This document shows positions 1 through 9,299 of a DNA stretch of 64,000 nucleotides, piece after piece (positions within the stretch are counted from its first letter, which is position 1; each line of letters starts with the position of its first letter). Origin of the DNA: Vulcanimicrobiota bacterium (GTDB taxonomy: Bacteria; Vulcanimicrobiota; Vulcanimicrobiia; Vulcanimicrobiales; Vulcanimicrobiaceae); contig OY969429.1 in the NCBI GenBank assembly GCA_963699285.1, positions 1,018,300-1,082,299 of the forward strand, written 5' to 3'. A model generated the notes under the pieces. That model ran no database searches. It worked only from the letters and a program-made list of their open reading frames with translations, and was not told where the DNA came from. The position numbers and the translations under genes were made by a program.

Positions 1-837
1 GGAACGGCGATCGACGCCTTCCTCGGCGCGCCGCGCGTCGTACTCGGGCAATCCGATCCGCGCGAACCGCGGGCGCGAGAACTCTTTTCTGCGTTCCCGG
101 CCGACGTGCTCGAGATGTCGCTCGAATCGGCGGAAATGGCCAAACATGCGCTCAACGCGCTGCTGGCGACGGAACTTTCGTTCGTCAACGAGATCGGAAC
201 TTTGTGCGAAGCGGCCGGTGCCGACGTTGCCGACGTCGCGCGCGCGCTGAAAAGCGATCCACGCATCGGCCCGAATGCATACCTGTCGCCCGGACCCGGC
301 TTCGCCGGCGGCACGTTGGCGCGCGACGTCGGGACGCTGGCGGACGTGGCGCGCGCGGCGGGAGTGTCGTTGCCGCTACTGGGTTCGATTCGCGCCAGCA
401 ACAAGCAAAACCAAGCGTGGCCGCTGCGAACGCTGCGCGAGATGCAAGAACCGGCCGGCGCGACGATCGCACTGCTCGGTCTGACGTATAAGCCCGGCAC
501 CGATACGCTGCGGCGTTCGAGCGCCGTCGAGCTGGCCCTAACGTTGCACCGTGCGGGCGCGCGCGTGCGCGCGTACGATCCGGCAATCGAGTACCTGCCC
601 CCGGACTTGCTGGGCAAGATGGACCTTTGCGGCTCGGTGGACGACGCGCTAAAAAATGCCGATGCCGCCGTCGTGGCGACGGAATGGCCGCAGTTCGGCC
701 GGATTCCGGCAACGCGGTTCGCTTCGCTCATGCGTTCGCCGCTCGTCATCGACGCACGTCGAATACTCGACGAAAGCGTGCGGGCGGATCCGCGCATTCG
801 CTATTTCGCGATTGGCCTGGGAAAGTCTAAATCGTAA
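1..837 (+). CDS. UDP-glucose/GDP-mannose 6-dehydrogenase family protein, 3' part (5' end upstream of window)
   Basis: Frame 1 is open from nt 1 into listed ORF 106..837. The translation shows the central-helix and C-terminal UDP-binding domain pattern (SAEMAKHALNA..SFVNE, LLGLTYKPGTDTLRRS, ATEWPQF). Confidence 0.8.
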   Translation, partial: GTAIDAFLGAPRVVLGQSDPREPRARELFSAFPADVLEMSLESAEMAKHALNALLATELSFVNEIGTLCEAAGADVADVARALKSDPRIGPNAYLSPGPGFAGGTLARDVGTLADVARAAGVSLPLLGSIRASNKQNQAWPLRTLREMQEPAGATIALLGLTYKPGTDTLRRSSAVELALTLHRAGARVRAYDPAIEYLPPDLLGKMDLCGSVDDALKNADAAVVATEWPQFGRIPATRFASLMRSPLVIDARRILDESVRADPRIRYFAIGLGKSKS

Positions 838-1846
838 CGGGGCGATCCTCGCGCGCCGACGCATACAAGGCGTCGAGCATGCGCATCGCGGCCAAACCGT
901 CCGCAGGCGTCCCGTCGTACGGAGTACCGGACCGGATCGCTCGGACGAAGTCGTTCCATTCAAGTTCCCAGGAGCGGTCCGGCTCTTCAAACCGCGTCTC
1001 CGTGTAGTCGGGCGCTCCGCCCTCCATTCGGCGCTCCGTCTCGATAAGGCGCTCGACGCCGTAACTTCCGCCGAGCCCTTCGATCGCAATCGCCCCGGCC
1101 GTGCCGGCGATCTCGAACGAAAAAATGTTCTTCCACTGCGTCCAGCTGGTGTGCATGCTCGCAACGCAGCCGCCCGGAAAACGAAAGAGCGCGAACGCGC
1201 CGTCTTCCAGCGGTTCGATCGGCCACACCGCGGTTTGCAGATACGCGAACCCCTCACCGGGTAACCCGAGAAACCAGTGCAGCAAGTCGGCGACGTGCAC
1301 CCCTTGGTCGGTGAGCTCGCCGCCGCCGGCGAGACGCGCGTTTCCGCGCCATTCGCGCTCGTATCCGGGACGGCCGCCGTGGCCGTAGCGGGCACGTACC
1401 GAGATGGGGGCGCCGATCGCTCCGCCGGCGACCAGTTCGTGCGCGCGGCGGATCGCGGGGTGGTAACGATGGTTGAAACCGACCTTCAACAGGCGGCCGG
1501 AGGCGGCGGCCGCATCGGCCATTAGCCGCGCTTCCTCGAGGTTTCGTCCCATCGGCTTCTCCACGAGGACGTGTTTGCCGGCCCCCAGCGCCGCCAGTGC
1601 GATTTCGCACAGAAACGCATTCGGCGTTGCGGCGACGACGACGTCCACATCGGGATCCGTCGCGATCGTCTTCCAGTCGGCGTGATGCGGGACGCCGTGC
1701 CGCGTGCCGGCTTCACGCGCGACCTCCTCGGATGCGTCGGCGACGGCTACCAAACGCGTGTCGCGATTCGATGCAGCCTGTTCCGCCCGGCGCGTACCGA
1801 TGAGACCGCACCCGATAACCGCGCAGCGAAGGGGTCGAACCGGCAT
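827..1846 (-). CDS. Gfo/Idh/MocA family NAD(P)-dependent oxidoreductase
   Basis: Part of ORF 827..2059. Rossmann N-terminus CAVIGCGLIGTRRA and the family motif VLVEKPM are present. I chose ATG 1846 (MPVRPLRCAV..) because it abuts the stop of the upstream gene (TAATG overlap); the longer ORF would overlap that gene. Confidence 0.8.
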   Translation of the reverse strand: MPVRPLRCAVIGCGLIGTRRAEQAASNRDTRLVAVADASEEVAREAGTRHGVPHHADWKTIATDPDVDVVVAATPNAFLCEIALAALGAGKHVLVEKPMGRNLEEARLMADAAAASGRLLKVGFNHRYHPAIRRAHELVAGGAIGAPISVRARYGHGGRPGYEREWRGNARLAGGGELTDQGVHVADLLHWFLGLPGEGFAYLQTAVWPIEPLEDGAFALFRFPGGCVASMHTSWTQWKNIFSFEIAGTAGAIAIEGLGGSYGVERLIETERRMEGGAPDYTETRFEEPDRSWELEWNDFVRAIRSGTPYDGTPADGLAAMRMLDALYASAREDRPVTI

Positions 1847-2559
1847 TACGGGGCGCGCCGTTCGAAGCGCGTTTTGACGTTTTCGTAATCGGGCACCGTG
1901 TCGATCCACCACAGATCGCCGGTCATGCGGTATCCGTACACCGGAACTCCTTCGACGATGAGTTGGGGCAGAACGTCGTGGCCGAGATCGCAGGGCGTCT
2001 TCGCGGGGATGTGACCCAGAAGAGCCGACGAGACGGCGAGGTATCCTGCGTTTACCCATTTGCTGAACACGCTGTCCCCGGCGGGCTTTTCCAAAAAGCG
2101 CGTAACGCGTCCGTGTGCGTCGATTTCGACGATGCCGCTAGCCCGCGGGTCTTCGCGATGGAAGAGCGCTATCGTAACGACCGCTTTTTTCGAACGATGA
2201 AACTCCGCGAGCTCGCGCAGATCCAGCCTCGCGATGTTGTCGCCGTAGACGACGAAGAAATCGTCGTCGCCCAGGAACGCCGCGGCGTTGCGGATCGTTC
2301 CGGCCGTCCCCAGAAGCTCGGCTTCGTACGCGTACGAAATCGAGACGCCGAACTCGGCGCCGTCGCCAAAGTGGGCGATTACGGCTTCGGGGCGATGGTG
2401 AAGGTTGATTAAGACGTCGCGAACCCCCGCGTCCCGGACCATCTCGACGTTGTATTGCAGCACGGGCTTCCCACCCACCACGAGCATCGGCTTGGGCGTA
2501 TCGTCGGTGTGCGGACGCAGGCGTTCGCCGGCGCCGGCAGCCAGAATAAGCGCGCGCAC
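1846..2559 (-). CDS. sugar-phosphate nucleotidyltransferase (HddC/RmlA-like)
   Basis: 237 aa. NTP_transferase N-terminal signature MRALILAAGAGERLRP..KPML, then LGTAG and YGDN. The size and context (gmhA/gmhB nearby) fit a heptose-1-P nucleotidyltransferase. Confidence 0.75.
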   Translation of the reverse strand: MRALILAAGAGERLRPHTDDTPKPMLVVGGKPVLQYNVEMVRDAGVRDVLINLHHRPEAVIAHFGDGAEFGVSISYAYEAELLGTAGTIRNAAAFLGDDDFFVVYGDNIARLDLRELAEFHRSKKAVVTIALFHREDPRASGIVEIDAHGRVTRFLEKPAGDSVFSKWVNAGYLAVSSALLGHIPAKTPCDLGHDVLPQLIVEGVPVYGYRMTGDLWWIDTVPDYENVKTRFERRAP

Positions 2560-2566
2560 GCGGCGG

Positions 2567-3298
2567 CTAGAGGCGCTTTTTGAGACGAAGCGCGATGCAC
2601 AAGTTCATGGCGTCGATCGGAACGTTGAACGGAAATCGTTTCGTATGCACCGGCTCGAACTCCGCGAGCAGCAAGTAAAGGACTTCGTCGAGCGTGTTGA
2701 CGTGCTCGTTGGCGATGATCGGATCGTACGACATGCCGAAGCGCCGCTCGAACATCCGCTTTGCGGAGATTCGCCGCGCGATGGAATAGGCGAAGCTTCC
2801 TTCGCACGGAAGGACGACGTCCAGCGTGCCGTCGTCGGCGAGCAGGCGCTTTATTTCCGCAATCGCCGCCGGGAGATCGCGCAAGTGCTCCAGGACGTGG
2901 ATGGCGACGATGCGATCGAAGGATCCGTCCGGGAACGGCGTACGTCCCTCGATGCTGGCTTCGTGAACGTCCTCGACGCCGGGCAGGCCGCGCAACACGT
3001 CGCAAAACTCGTTGCGATACTCGAGGCAATGGTATTCTTGTTTGCTCAAGTCCTCGAACGGGAGATGCCCGCCGATTCCCGAGCCGATCTCCAACGTGCG
3101 CCAGCGATCGCGTTTCTCGGGAAGCCTCGAAAGCGCTCCGTGGTTGAATCGTTCGACGATCGAATATTTGGTCGGAAGCTCCTCGTGCCATAGCTTCATA
3201 AAGGCTTCGCGCGCAGCTTCTTGGTCCGGCGAAAGCTGAGGCGGGTGCTTCGGCCAGACGTATCGCGCCGCCTTAGGTGGAATCGTGCCGGTCGTCAT
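2567..3298 (-). CDS. class I SAM-dependent methyltransferase
   Basis: 243 aa. Motif I LEIGSGIGGH and post-I/II pattern RIVAIHVLEHL. Confidence 0.75.
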   Translation of the reverse strand: MTTGTIPPKAARYVWPKHPPQLSPDQEAAREAFMKLWHEELPTKYSIVERFNHGALSRLPEKRDRWRTLEIGSGIGGHLPFEDLSKQEYHCLEYRNEFCDVLRGLPGVEDVHEASIEGRTPFPDGSFDRIVAIHVLEHLRDLPAAIAEIKRLLADDGTLDVVLPCEGSFAYSIARRISAKRMFERRFGMSYDPIIANEHVNTLDEVLYLLLAEFEPVHTKRFPFNVPIDAMNLCIALRLKKRL

Positions 3299-3912
3299 GG
3301 TATATCCCCATCGTGAATGGTTCGTTCTTCTCTGAATACCTGGGAGAGGCCCGCCGCGTCATCGACGAGCTCGATGCCGGTGCTGCGGAACGCGTCGCCG
3401 ATCGATTGGCCGATCTGCGCGAGCGCGGCGGCCGTCTTTTCGTTCTCGGCGTCGGCGGCAGCGCCGGCAACGCATCGCATGCGGTCAACGATTTTCGCAA
3501 ACTGACCGGAATCGAAGCGTACGCGCCGACCGACAACGTTTCCGAATTGACCGCGAGGACCAACGACGAGGGGTGGGCGACGGTGTTCGAGGCCTGGTTG
3601 AAAGTGAGCCGCCTGTCGCGCGCCGACGCGGTTCTGGTCTTTTCGGTCGGCGGCGGCGATGCCGCCAACAACGTGAGCCCCAATCTCGTCCGCGCGCTGG
3701 ACTATGCAAAATCTGTGGGAGCGACGATCCTGGGCGTCGTCGGCCGGGACGGCGGCCACACCGCAAAGATGGCCGATGCATGCGTCATCGTGCCGACGGT
3801 CAACGCCGCGCACGTCACCCCGCATTCCGAAGCGTTCCAGGCAGTGATTTGGCACGGATTGGTTTCGCATCCGAAACTCAAGTCCGCCCCGACGAAGTGG
3901 GAGTCTATTTGA
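3277..3912 (+). CDS. gmhA: SIS-domain sedoheptulose-7-phosphate isomerase-like protein
   Basis: SIS signature LFVLGVGGSAGNASHAVNDF, then VLVFSVGGG and HSEAFQAVIWH. The start may be GTG 3313 rather than ATG 3277, because 3277 overlaps the divergent methyltransferase start. Confidence 0.7.
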   Translation: MESCRSSWYIPIVNGSFFSEYLGEARRVIDELDAGAAERVADRLADLRERGGRLFVLGVGGSAGNASHAVNDFRKLTGIEAYAPTDNVSELTARTNDEGWATVFEAWLKVSRLSRADAVLVFSVGGGDAANNVSPNLVRALDYAKSVGATILGVVGRDGGHTAKMADACVIVPTVNAAHVTPHSEAFQAVIWHGLVSHPKLKSAPTKWESI

Positions 3913-3931
3913 GCGACGCGATGCGGGTAGC

Positions 3932-4477
3932 ATGAAACGAGCCGTGTTCTTCGATCGCGACGGCGTCCTGAACGAAGCGGGCGTCGTCGATGGAACCCCA
4001 CATCCGCCCGCCTCGCTCGCAGACCTGCGGTTCGTGCACGGCGCGCGCGAGGCGGTTCGCGCCGTGCGGCAGCTCGGTCTCGAGAGCATCGTCGTGACCA
4101 ATCAACCCGACGTAGCGCGCGGCAAGCAGAGTCGCGCCGTGGCGGACGCCATCAACGACGAAATCGAGCGATCGCTCGCGATCGATGCGGTCTACGCGTG
4201 TTTTCACGACTCGGGCGACGGCTGCGATTGCCGCAAACCAAAGCCGGGCCTGATGTTGCGGGCCGCGGCCGATCGCGATATTTCGCTGGCCGGAAGCTAC
4301 CTCGTCGGAGATCGTCATAGCGACATCGCGAGCGGACGGGCCGCCGGCTGCGTTACGGTGTTCCTAGACCGAGGATATGGCGAAACGCCCGCCAACGTCC
4401 AAGCTGACGTGCGCGTGGCTTCGCTCGGCGAAGCGATCGCGTACATCGTGGAACGAGAGGGGCGACGCGATGATTGA
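3932..4477 (+). CDS. gmhB: D-glycero-D-manno-heptose 1,7-bisphosphate phosphatase (HAD-IIIA)
   Basis: HAD motif I FFDRDGVLN, motif II VVTNQ, Zn-loop CFHDSGDGCDCRKPKPG, motif IV VGDRHSD. Confidence 0.85.
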   Translation: MKRAVFFDRDGVLNEAGVVDGTPHPPASLADLRFVHGAREAVRAVRQLGLESIVVTNQPDVARGKQSRAVADAINDEIERSLAIDAVYACFHDSGDGCDCRKPKPGLMLRAAADRDISLAGSYLVGDRHSDIASGRAAGCVTVFLDRGYGETPANVQADVRVASLGEAIAYIVEREGRRDD

Positions 4478-5186
4478 TCCGCTCACGATTAAGATTTTTG
4501 CCGACGGCGCGGACAAAGCCGCGATGCTCGAGCTCTCCAAGAATCCCGTGATCAAAGGTTTCACGACGAACCCGACCCTGATGCGCAAGGCCGGAGTCCG
4601 CGACGTCGAAGCGTTCGCGCGCGACGTGTTGGCGGCGATCCCAGACCGGCCGATTTCGTTCGAGGTGTTTTCCGACGACTTTGCGGAGATGGAACGCCAA
4701 GCTAGAACCATCACCGCCTGGGGCGACAACGTCTACGTAAAGATTCCGGTCAGCGACACGAAGGGCACCAGCAGCGCACCGCTGGTTCGCAAACTTTCGG
4801 GCGAGGGCATTAAACTCAACGTCACGGCGCTCATGACCGTCGAACAGGTACGAGAGGTCGGCCGGGCGCTCGCCGACGGCCCCAGCTCCTACGTTTCGGT
4901 CTTTGCCGGCCGCATCGCCGATGCCGGCGTTGATCCGCTTCCGATCGTACTGGCGTCGCTGGCCGAGCTGCGGCCTTATCCGCAACTCGAGCTGATATGG
5001 GCCAGCCCGCGCGAGGTCTTCAACATCGTACAGGCCGACCAAGCCGGTTGCCATATCATCACCGTCACCGGCGATTTGCTTGCCAAGCTGCCGACGCTGG
5101 GGAAAGGTCTCGAGCAGTTTTCGCTCGAGACCGTCCAGATGTTCCACCGCGACGCGCAGGCCGCGGGCCTAGAGATTCCCGTCTAG
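4470..5186 (+). CDS. transaldolase / fructose-6-phosphate aldolase family protein
   Basis: Internal ATG 4470 of ORF 4377..5186 (MIDPLTIKIFADGAD..). Signature GFTTNPTL and Schiff-base lysine context VYVKIP. The ATG overlaps the gmhB stop by 8 nt. Confidence 0.8.
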   Translation: MIDPLTIKIFADGADKAAMLELSKNPVIKGFTTNPTLMRKAGVRDVEAFARDVLAAIPDRPISFEVFSDDFAEMERQARTITAWGDNVYVKIPVSDTKGTSSAPLVRKLSGEGIKLNVTALMTVEQVREVGRALADGPSSYVSVFAGRIADAGVDPLPIVLASLAELRPYPQLELIWASPREVFNIVQADQAGCHIITVTGDLLAKLPTLGKGLEQFSLETVQMFHRDAQAAGLEIPV

Positions 5187-5189
5187 CGC

Positions 5190-6554
5190 CTAGTTGTTGG
5201 CCGGTTGGGCGGATGCGTCGGAGTGCGCGAGCTTGTCGTTGACGAACTGCAACGCGCGCTGCAGCTGGGCGTCCCGGGCCGGTTCGCCGAAGCGCGGGGT
5301 CTTGTTTTCGACGACGACGACGTCCGGCGCTATGCCGAGATGGTTGATGTCGCGGTTGTGCGGCGTGAGGTACCGCGCCGTCGTGATTTTCACGGCCGAG
5401 CCGTCTCCGAGCGGAAAGACCGTCTGTACGACGCCCTTGCCGAACGTACGCGTTCCCATGATCGTCCCTACCGCGCTGTCTTGGATGGCGCCGGACGTGA
5501 TTTCCGAAGCCGACGCGGTGTGTCCGTTGACGAGTACGACGAGCGGAACCGGGGTTATGGCGGTGTCGTCGGCCTCGCGCGTCGTGATGTTCGATGCCCG
5601 GGATTCGACCGACACGATCGGCCCGCTTGCGATGAATTCAGAACTGACCGCGACGGCCGCCTCGAGATAGCCTCCGCCGTTGTCGCGCAGATCCATGATG
5701 ACCGCGCGCATGCCTTCTTGCTGTAAGCGCTGCAGCGCCGTCGCCAGCTCGTCGCCCGTGTCGCGGCCGAAGACGGTCAGCGCGACGTAGCCGATTTTGC
5801 CCGGCAGCATCTTGGAGAAAACGCTCAGCTGATGGATTTTCGCGCGCGTGATGACGATCGGCGCGAGCGTCGAGCCGGAGCGCGAAATCGTCAACGTCAC
5901 GTTGGTGCCTTGCTTGCCGCGCAAGTGCGAGCTGGCTTTGTCGATCGACATTCCCTTGGTCGAAACGCCGTCGATCGCGGTGATGAGATCGTCTTGCTGG
6001 ATGCCGGCCTTGTCGGCCGGCCCGTCGGGAACGACGTTGCTCACGCTGATATATTTGCTCGGGTCGTCGCTCTGAATGACGATGCCCGTGCCGCCGAAGT
6101 CCGCGCCGTCGAGATCTTGATTCAATCCGCTGTAATCGCTCGGCTTGAGGAACACCGTGTAACGGTCGTTGACCGAATTCATCATGCCCGATATAGCGCC
6201 GTAGCTCAGTTGCCGCTCGTCGACTTTTCCGCGAGCTTCCCGCTCGGCCGTCTCGACGGCGAGATCGATCGCGCTGAGATTAACGCGATCGGAGCTGTCC
6301 GCGTGCAATTTCGGCAACGAGGCGGACCTGACGCCGGCCGACGTCATCACGGCCAGGATCCCGGTCCGCGCGCCGTCGAGGACGGCTTGGTCGTCGACCT
6401 TACGATAGAAATCCTGGGTCAAGTGCTGGTAGCTGGCTTCGATCTCACCCATGTCGGACGGCGAGAGCGTGTTGCGAGCGGCCGCGTAGGACGGGCCGAG
6501 CAGCATGGGCGCGAACAGCGCGCCCGCGAGGACGAGAACGAATATACGCTTCAT
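5190..6554 (-). CDS. S41 family C-terminal processing peptidase (PDZ-containing)
   Basis: 454 aa. Signal peptide MKRIFVLVLAGALFAP, a PDZ segment, catalytic-region motifs NGHTASASEI and TFGKGVVQ. Confidence 0.85.
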   Translation of the reverse strand: MKRIFVLVLAGALFAPMLLGPSYAAARNTLSPSDMGEIEASYQHLTQDFYRKVDDQAVLDGARTGILAVMTSAGVRSASLPKLHADSSDRVNLSAIDLAVETAEREARGKVDERQLSYGAISGMMNSVNDRYTVFLKPSDYSGLNQDLDGADFGGTGIVIQSDDPSKYISVSNVVPDGPADKAGIQQDDLITAIDGVSTKGMSIDKASSHLRGKQGTNVTLTISRSGSTLAPIVITRAKIHQLSVFSKMLPGKIGYVALTVFGRDTGDELATALQRLQQEGMRAVIMDLRDNGGGYLEAAVAVSSEFIASGPIVSVESRASNITTREADDTAITPVPLVVLVNGHTASASEITSGAIQDSAVGTIMGTRTFGKGVVQTVFPLGDGSAVKITTARYLTPHNRDINHLGIAPDVVVVENKTPRFGEPARDAQLQRALQFVNDKLAHSDASAQPANN

Positions 6555-6560
6555 ATAGCC

Positions 6561-7971
6561 TTACGAACGAATGAGTTGTTGCAAATGTGCCTTGGCGGCC
6601 GAGAGTTGTTTGTCGTTGGCCGATCCAGGCCAAATCAGAGGATCTTGTTCGATCACGACGTCGGGCGTGATGCCGCGGTGCTGGATGTCCCGCCCGAGCG
6701 GCGTGACGTAGCGGGCGGTCGTGATCTTGAGCGAGCCCTGGTCGGGCATGCGGTAGACGTTTTGGACGACCCCTTTGCCGAACGTCTTGGTTCCGATGAT
6801 CGTAGCGGCGCGATAATCCTGGAGCGCGCCCGACGTGATCTCCGAGGCGCTGGCCGTGTACTTGTTCACGAGCACGACGATCGGGCCCAAGTTGGGGATT
6901 GCGTCGCCGTTCGCCGACTCGACGTCGCGATTTCCGGCGCGGTCGATGGTCGAGACGATCGTACCTTGCGGAATGATGAAGCTCGAGATGTCGACCGCCG
7001 CTCGCAGCAGGCCGCCGCCGTTGTCGCGCAGATCGAGGATGTATCCTTTTGCGCCGTTGGCCTTGCCTTGCAGCAGCGCCCGATGCACTTCGTCGGCCGA
7101 CGTCGTTCCGAAATCGGCCAAGCGGATGTACTCGATGTCGCCTTCTTTCTTGGCCAGTACGGTGGGCACGTGAATGACGTCGCGAACGATGTCGTAGCGA
7201 TGCGGGCTTCCGCCCGAGGCTCCGGAAGGTTCGTGCGCGACGAGAACCACTTTGGTCCCGGCCGGTCCGCGGATCAATCCCTCGACTGAGCTGAGCGGAA
7301 CTCCCTTGGTGGCGTGGCCGTCAACGGAGTCCAGCACCTCTTGCGGTTTCATGCCGGCGCGCGCGGCGGGCGTGCCTTCGATCGGATAGATCGTGATGAC
7401 GCCGTCTTTGGCCTCGTCGATGTACACGCCGATGCCGCCGAAATCGCCGCCCGAGAGCAGTTCTTCGAGGCTCTGCGCTTCGTGCGGAGACATGTATTCG
7501 GTGTAGGGGTCCTTTACCGACGCCATGATCCCGCGTAGCGCGGCTTGGGTCAGGTCGGCGTCGCCCTCGGAACCGAGGCGCTTGGCGTAACGATCCTTCG
7601 CGTCGGCCAATACCTTTTCGGCCATGACGGCGTCGTCGCTCTGCGTGCCCGTCGCGGTTTCTTGCGGAAGCGTGGCGTCGGGAACTTGGTGCCGTAAGAC
7701 GGCGATAAGCGCTTTGCGCTCCCCGTCGATCGGCGTCTGCGGATCGATGGGCCGGTAATAGTTGGTTTCGAGCTTCTGCAAAGCGAGATCGACGAGCTGA
7801 GAATCCGAGCTCCCGCCTCAGCTGAGCGGACGGTCCCGAGAGATCGAAGGCTAAGCCGCCATCGGCCAAGTTGGACGCGTTGCGGTGCGCGATGTAAAAC
7901 AAGCCCGTTGCGGCTAGGGCGACGACGACCAGCGCGGCCATAAAGGCGCGAAACCAAGCACTCATATTCAC
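6561..7971 (-). pseudogene. second S41 C-terminal processing peptidase, interrupted by an apparent 1-nt indel near 7812-7820
   Basis: The body is ORF 6561..7781 (NKYTASASEI, TFGKGVVQ), whose first start codon is TTG and which has no signal sequence. The signal anchor MSAWFRAFMAALVVVALAATGLF lies in ORF 7321..7971 in another frame. Skipping one nt near the CCC run 7812-7814 fuses ..FDLSGPSAQLRR to SSDSQLVDLALQKLETNYY. Confidence 0.7.
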
Positions 7972-8019
7972 CTGTATCTACCCTGCCGGACGAGGCTGGG
8001 TTTCTCTTGGGTTGGTTCT

Positions 8020-8100
8020 AAAAACGGGGCGGCACGGCCCCCCGTTTCCCCCCGAGCCGCCACTCGGCGGCTCAAGGGGGCCGAGCCCCCTTTAACCCCC
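8020..8100. repeat. triple-hairpin intergenic element, copy A (acts as a terminator for the minus-strand M23 gene)
   Basis: aaaaACGGGGcggcacggCCCCCCGT..GAGCCGCCactcGGCGGCTC AAGGGGGCcgaGCCCCCTTt. It is nearly identical to 45838..45918. On the minus strand, hairpin 1 is followed by TTTTT. Confidence 0.8.
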
Positions 8101-8117
8101 GCTAGCTTCTTGGCTAC

Positions 8118-9299
8118 CTACTTTAAGTGTGCGGCGGGGTCGACGGGCTTTCCGTTGATACGGACTTCGAAGTGCAGATGGGGGCCGGTCGATTCGCCGG
8201 TCGAGCCGACGGCTCCGATCGCCTGGCCGCGCGCAACCTGCTGGCCGGACGAGACGTACATCGCCGAAAGGTGACCGTAGCCGGTCGAGTAGCCGCCCCC
8301 ATGGTCGATCAAGATGTAGTTGCCGTACCCGCCGTACCACTGCGCCATGATGATGGTTCCGGAAGCGGCGGCGGTGACCGTCGTGCCGGATGGCGCCGCG
8401 ATGTCGAGCCCTTGGTGGAATTCGGGCGCGCCGCCGAACGGATTTCGGCGCCAACCGAACGGCGAAGTGATCGTTCCGGAAACGGGCCACGAGAACTGGC
8501 CACCCGAGTTGTCGGAACCCGCCGAGCCGGTGGCGATGCCGGCCGCCCGGCGCTGATCTTCGAGCTCGCGCTGGCGTTCTTGAATGAGGCCTTCGAGCTC
8601 CGATTCCTCGGCGGCCGATAGGTCTTCCATCTCGGCGACCTGCGCCTGAACGTGTTGCCGCTGGGCGTCCGCGAGGTCCACGAGATTGCGTCGCTCCGAA
8701 GCGAGCGCGTCGAGCTGGCTCTGCGCCTGCCGCTGCGCTTCTTGCTGCTGCTGTAGCGCCATCTGCGTCTGCTCGAGCTCGGCTTGAACGACCGAGACGC
8801 GCTGCTCGGCCGCGCGGCGCGCGCGGACCGCGCGCTGATTCGCAGCGATCAGCAGGCGCAAGTCTTGCCAGCGTTCGACGAAATCGCTGAACGAGCTTGC
8901 AGACAGCAGTACGCTAAGGTACGTCAAGTCACCGTTTTCGTAAATATCCACGAGCCTGCGTTTGAGCGCGTCGTCGTGCAGTTTGAGCGAGGCTTGCGCG
9001 GCCTCGAGCTGCACGGTGTTCGAAGCGATGCGCCGCTGCGTCGACGCCTCTTGAGCGCCTAGCTCGTCGAGCTGGGCGCCGACGCTCGAGATCGCGGCGT
9101 TGGTTTGCTGCAATTGCCCCTGCAGATTGGTCACCCGCACCGTAGCCGCGTTCAGTTGGGTCTTCTTTTCGTGAAGCGCCGCTTGGATCTGCTGCTCCTT
9201 GGCGCGATGGGCTTCGATCCGTTCTTGGATCGAATCGGCCATGGCCAGGCCCGGAACGAACGCGAGCAGCAATACGGCCGCGATCGAGCTCCGCGTCAT
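8118..9299 (-). CDS. M23 family metallopeptidase with N-terminal coiled coil (EnvC-like)
   Basis: LytM motifs HQGLDIAA and GSTGESTGPHLHFEV, a long Q/A/L-rich coiled coil, and signal peptide MTRSSIAAVLLLAFVPGLAMA. ATG 9299 overlaps the stop of the upstream gene (ATGA). Confidence 0.85.
   Translation of the reverse strand: MTRSSIAAVLLLAFVPGLAMADSIQERIEAHRAKEQQIQAALHEKKTQLNAATVRVTNLQGQLQQTNAAISSVGAQLDELGAQEASTQRRIASNTVQLEAAQASLKLHDDALKRRLVDIYENGDLTYLSVLLSASSFSDFVERWQDLRLLIAANQRAVRARRAAEQRVSVVQAELEQTQMALQQQQEAQRQAQSQLDALASERRNLVDLADAQRQHVQAQVAEMEDLSAAEESELEGLIQERQRELEDQRRAAGIATGSAGSDNSGGQFSWPVSGTITSPFGWRRNPFGGAPEFHQGLDIAAPSGTTVTAAASGTIIMAQWYGGYGNYILIDHGGGYSTGYGHLSAMYVSSGQQVARGQAIGAVGSTGESTGPHLHFEVRINGKPVDPAAHLK

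Noticed and set aside
5832-7289. 485-aa plus-strand ORF across both Ctp peptidase genes.
   Set aside because: It is antisense to two strongly supported S41 genes. Its Arg/Asp/Val-rich composition carries no motifs, so it is a GC-bias artefact. The same reasoning applies to 43497..44600, 46950..48308, 54838..55941, 61147..62133 and similar listed ORFs.
8020-8100. The repeated hairpin elements (also 45804-45918) as a CRISPR array.
   Set aside because: There are only two distant loci, no regular repeat-spacer periodicity and no cas genes. The repeats are internally palindromic, terminator-like units.
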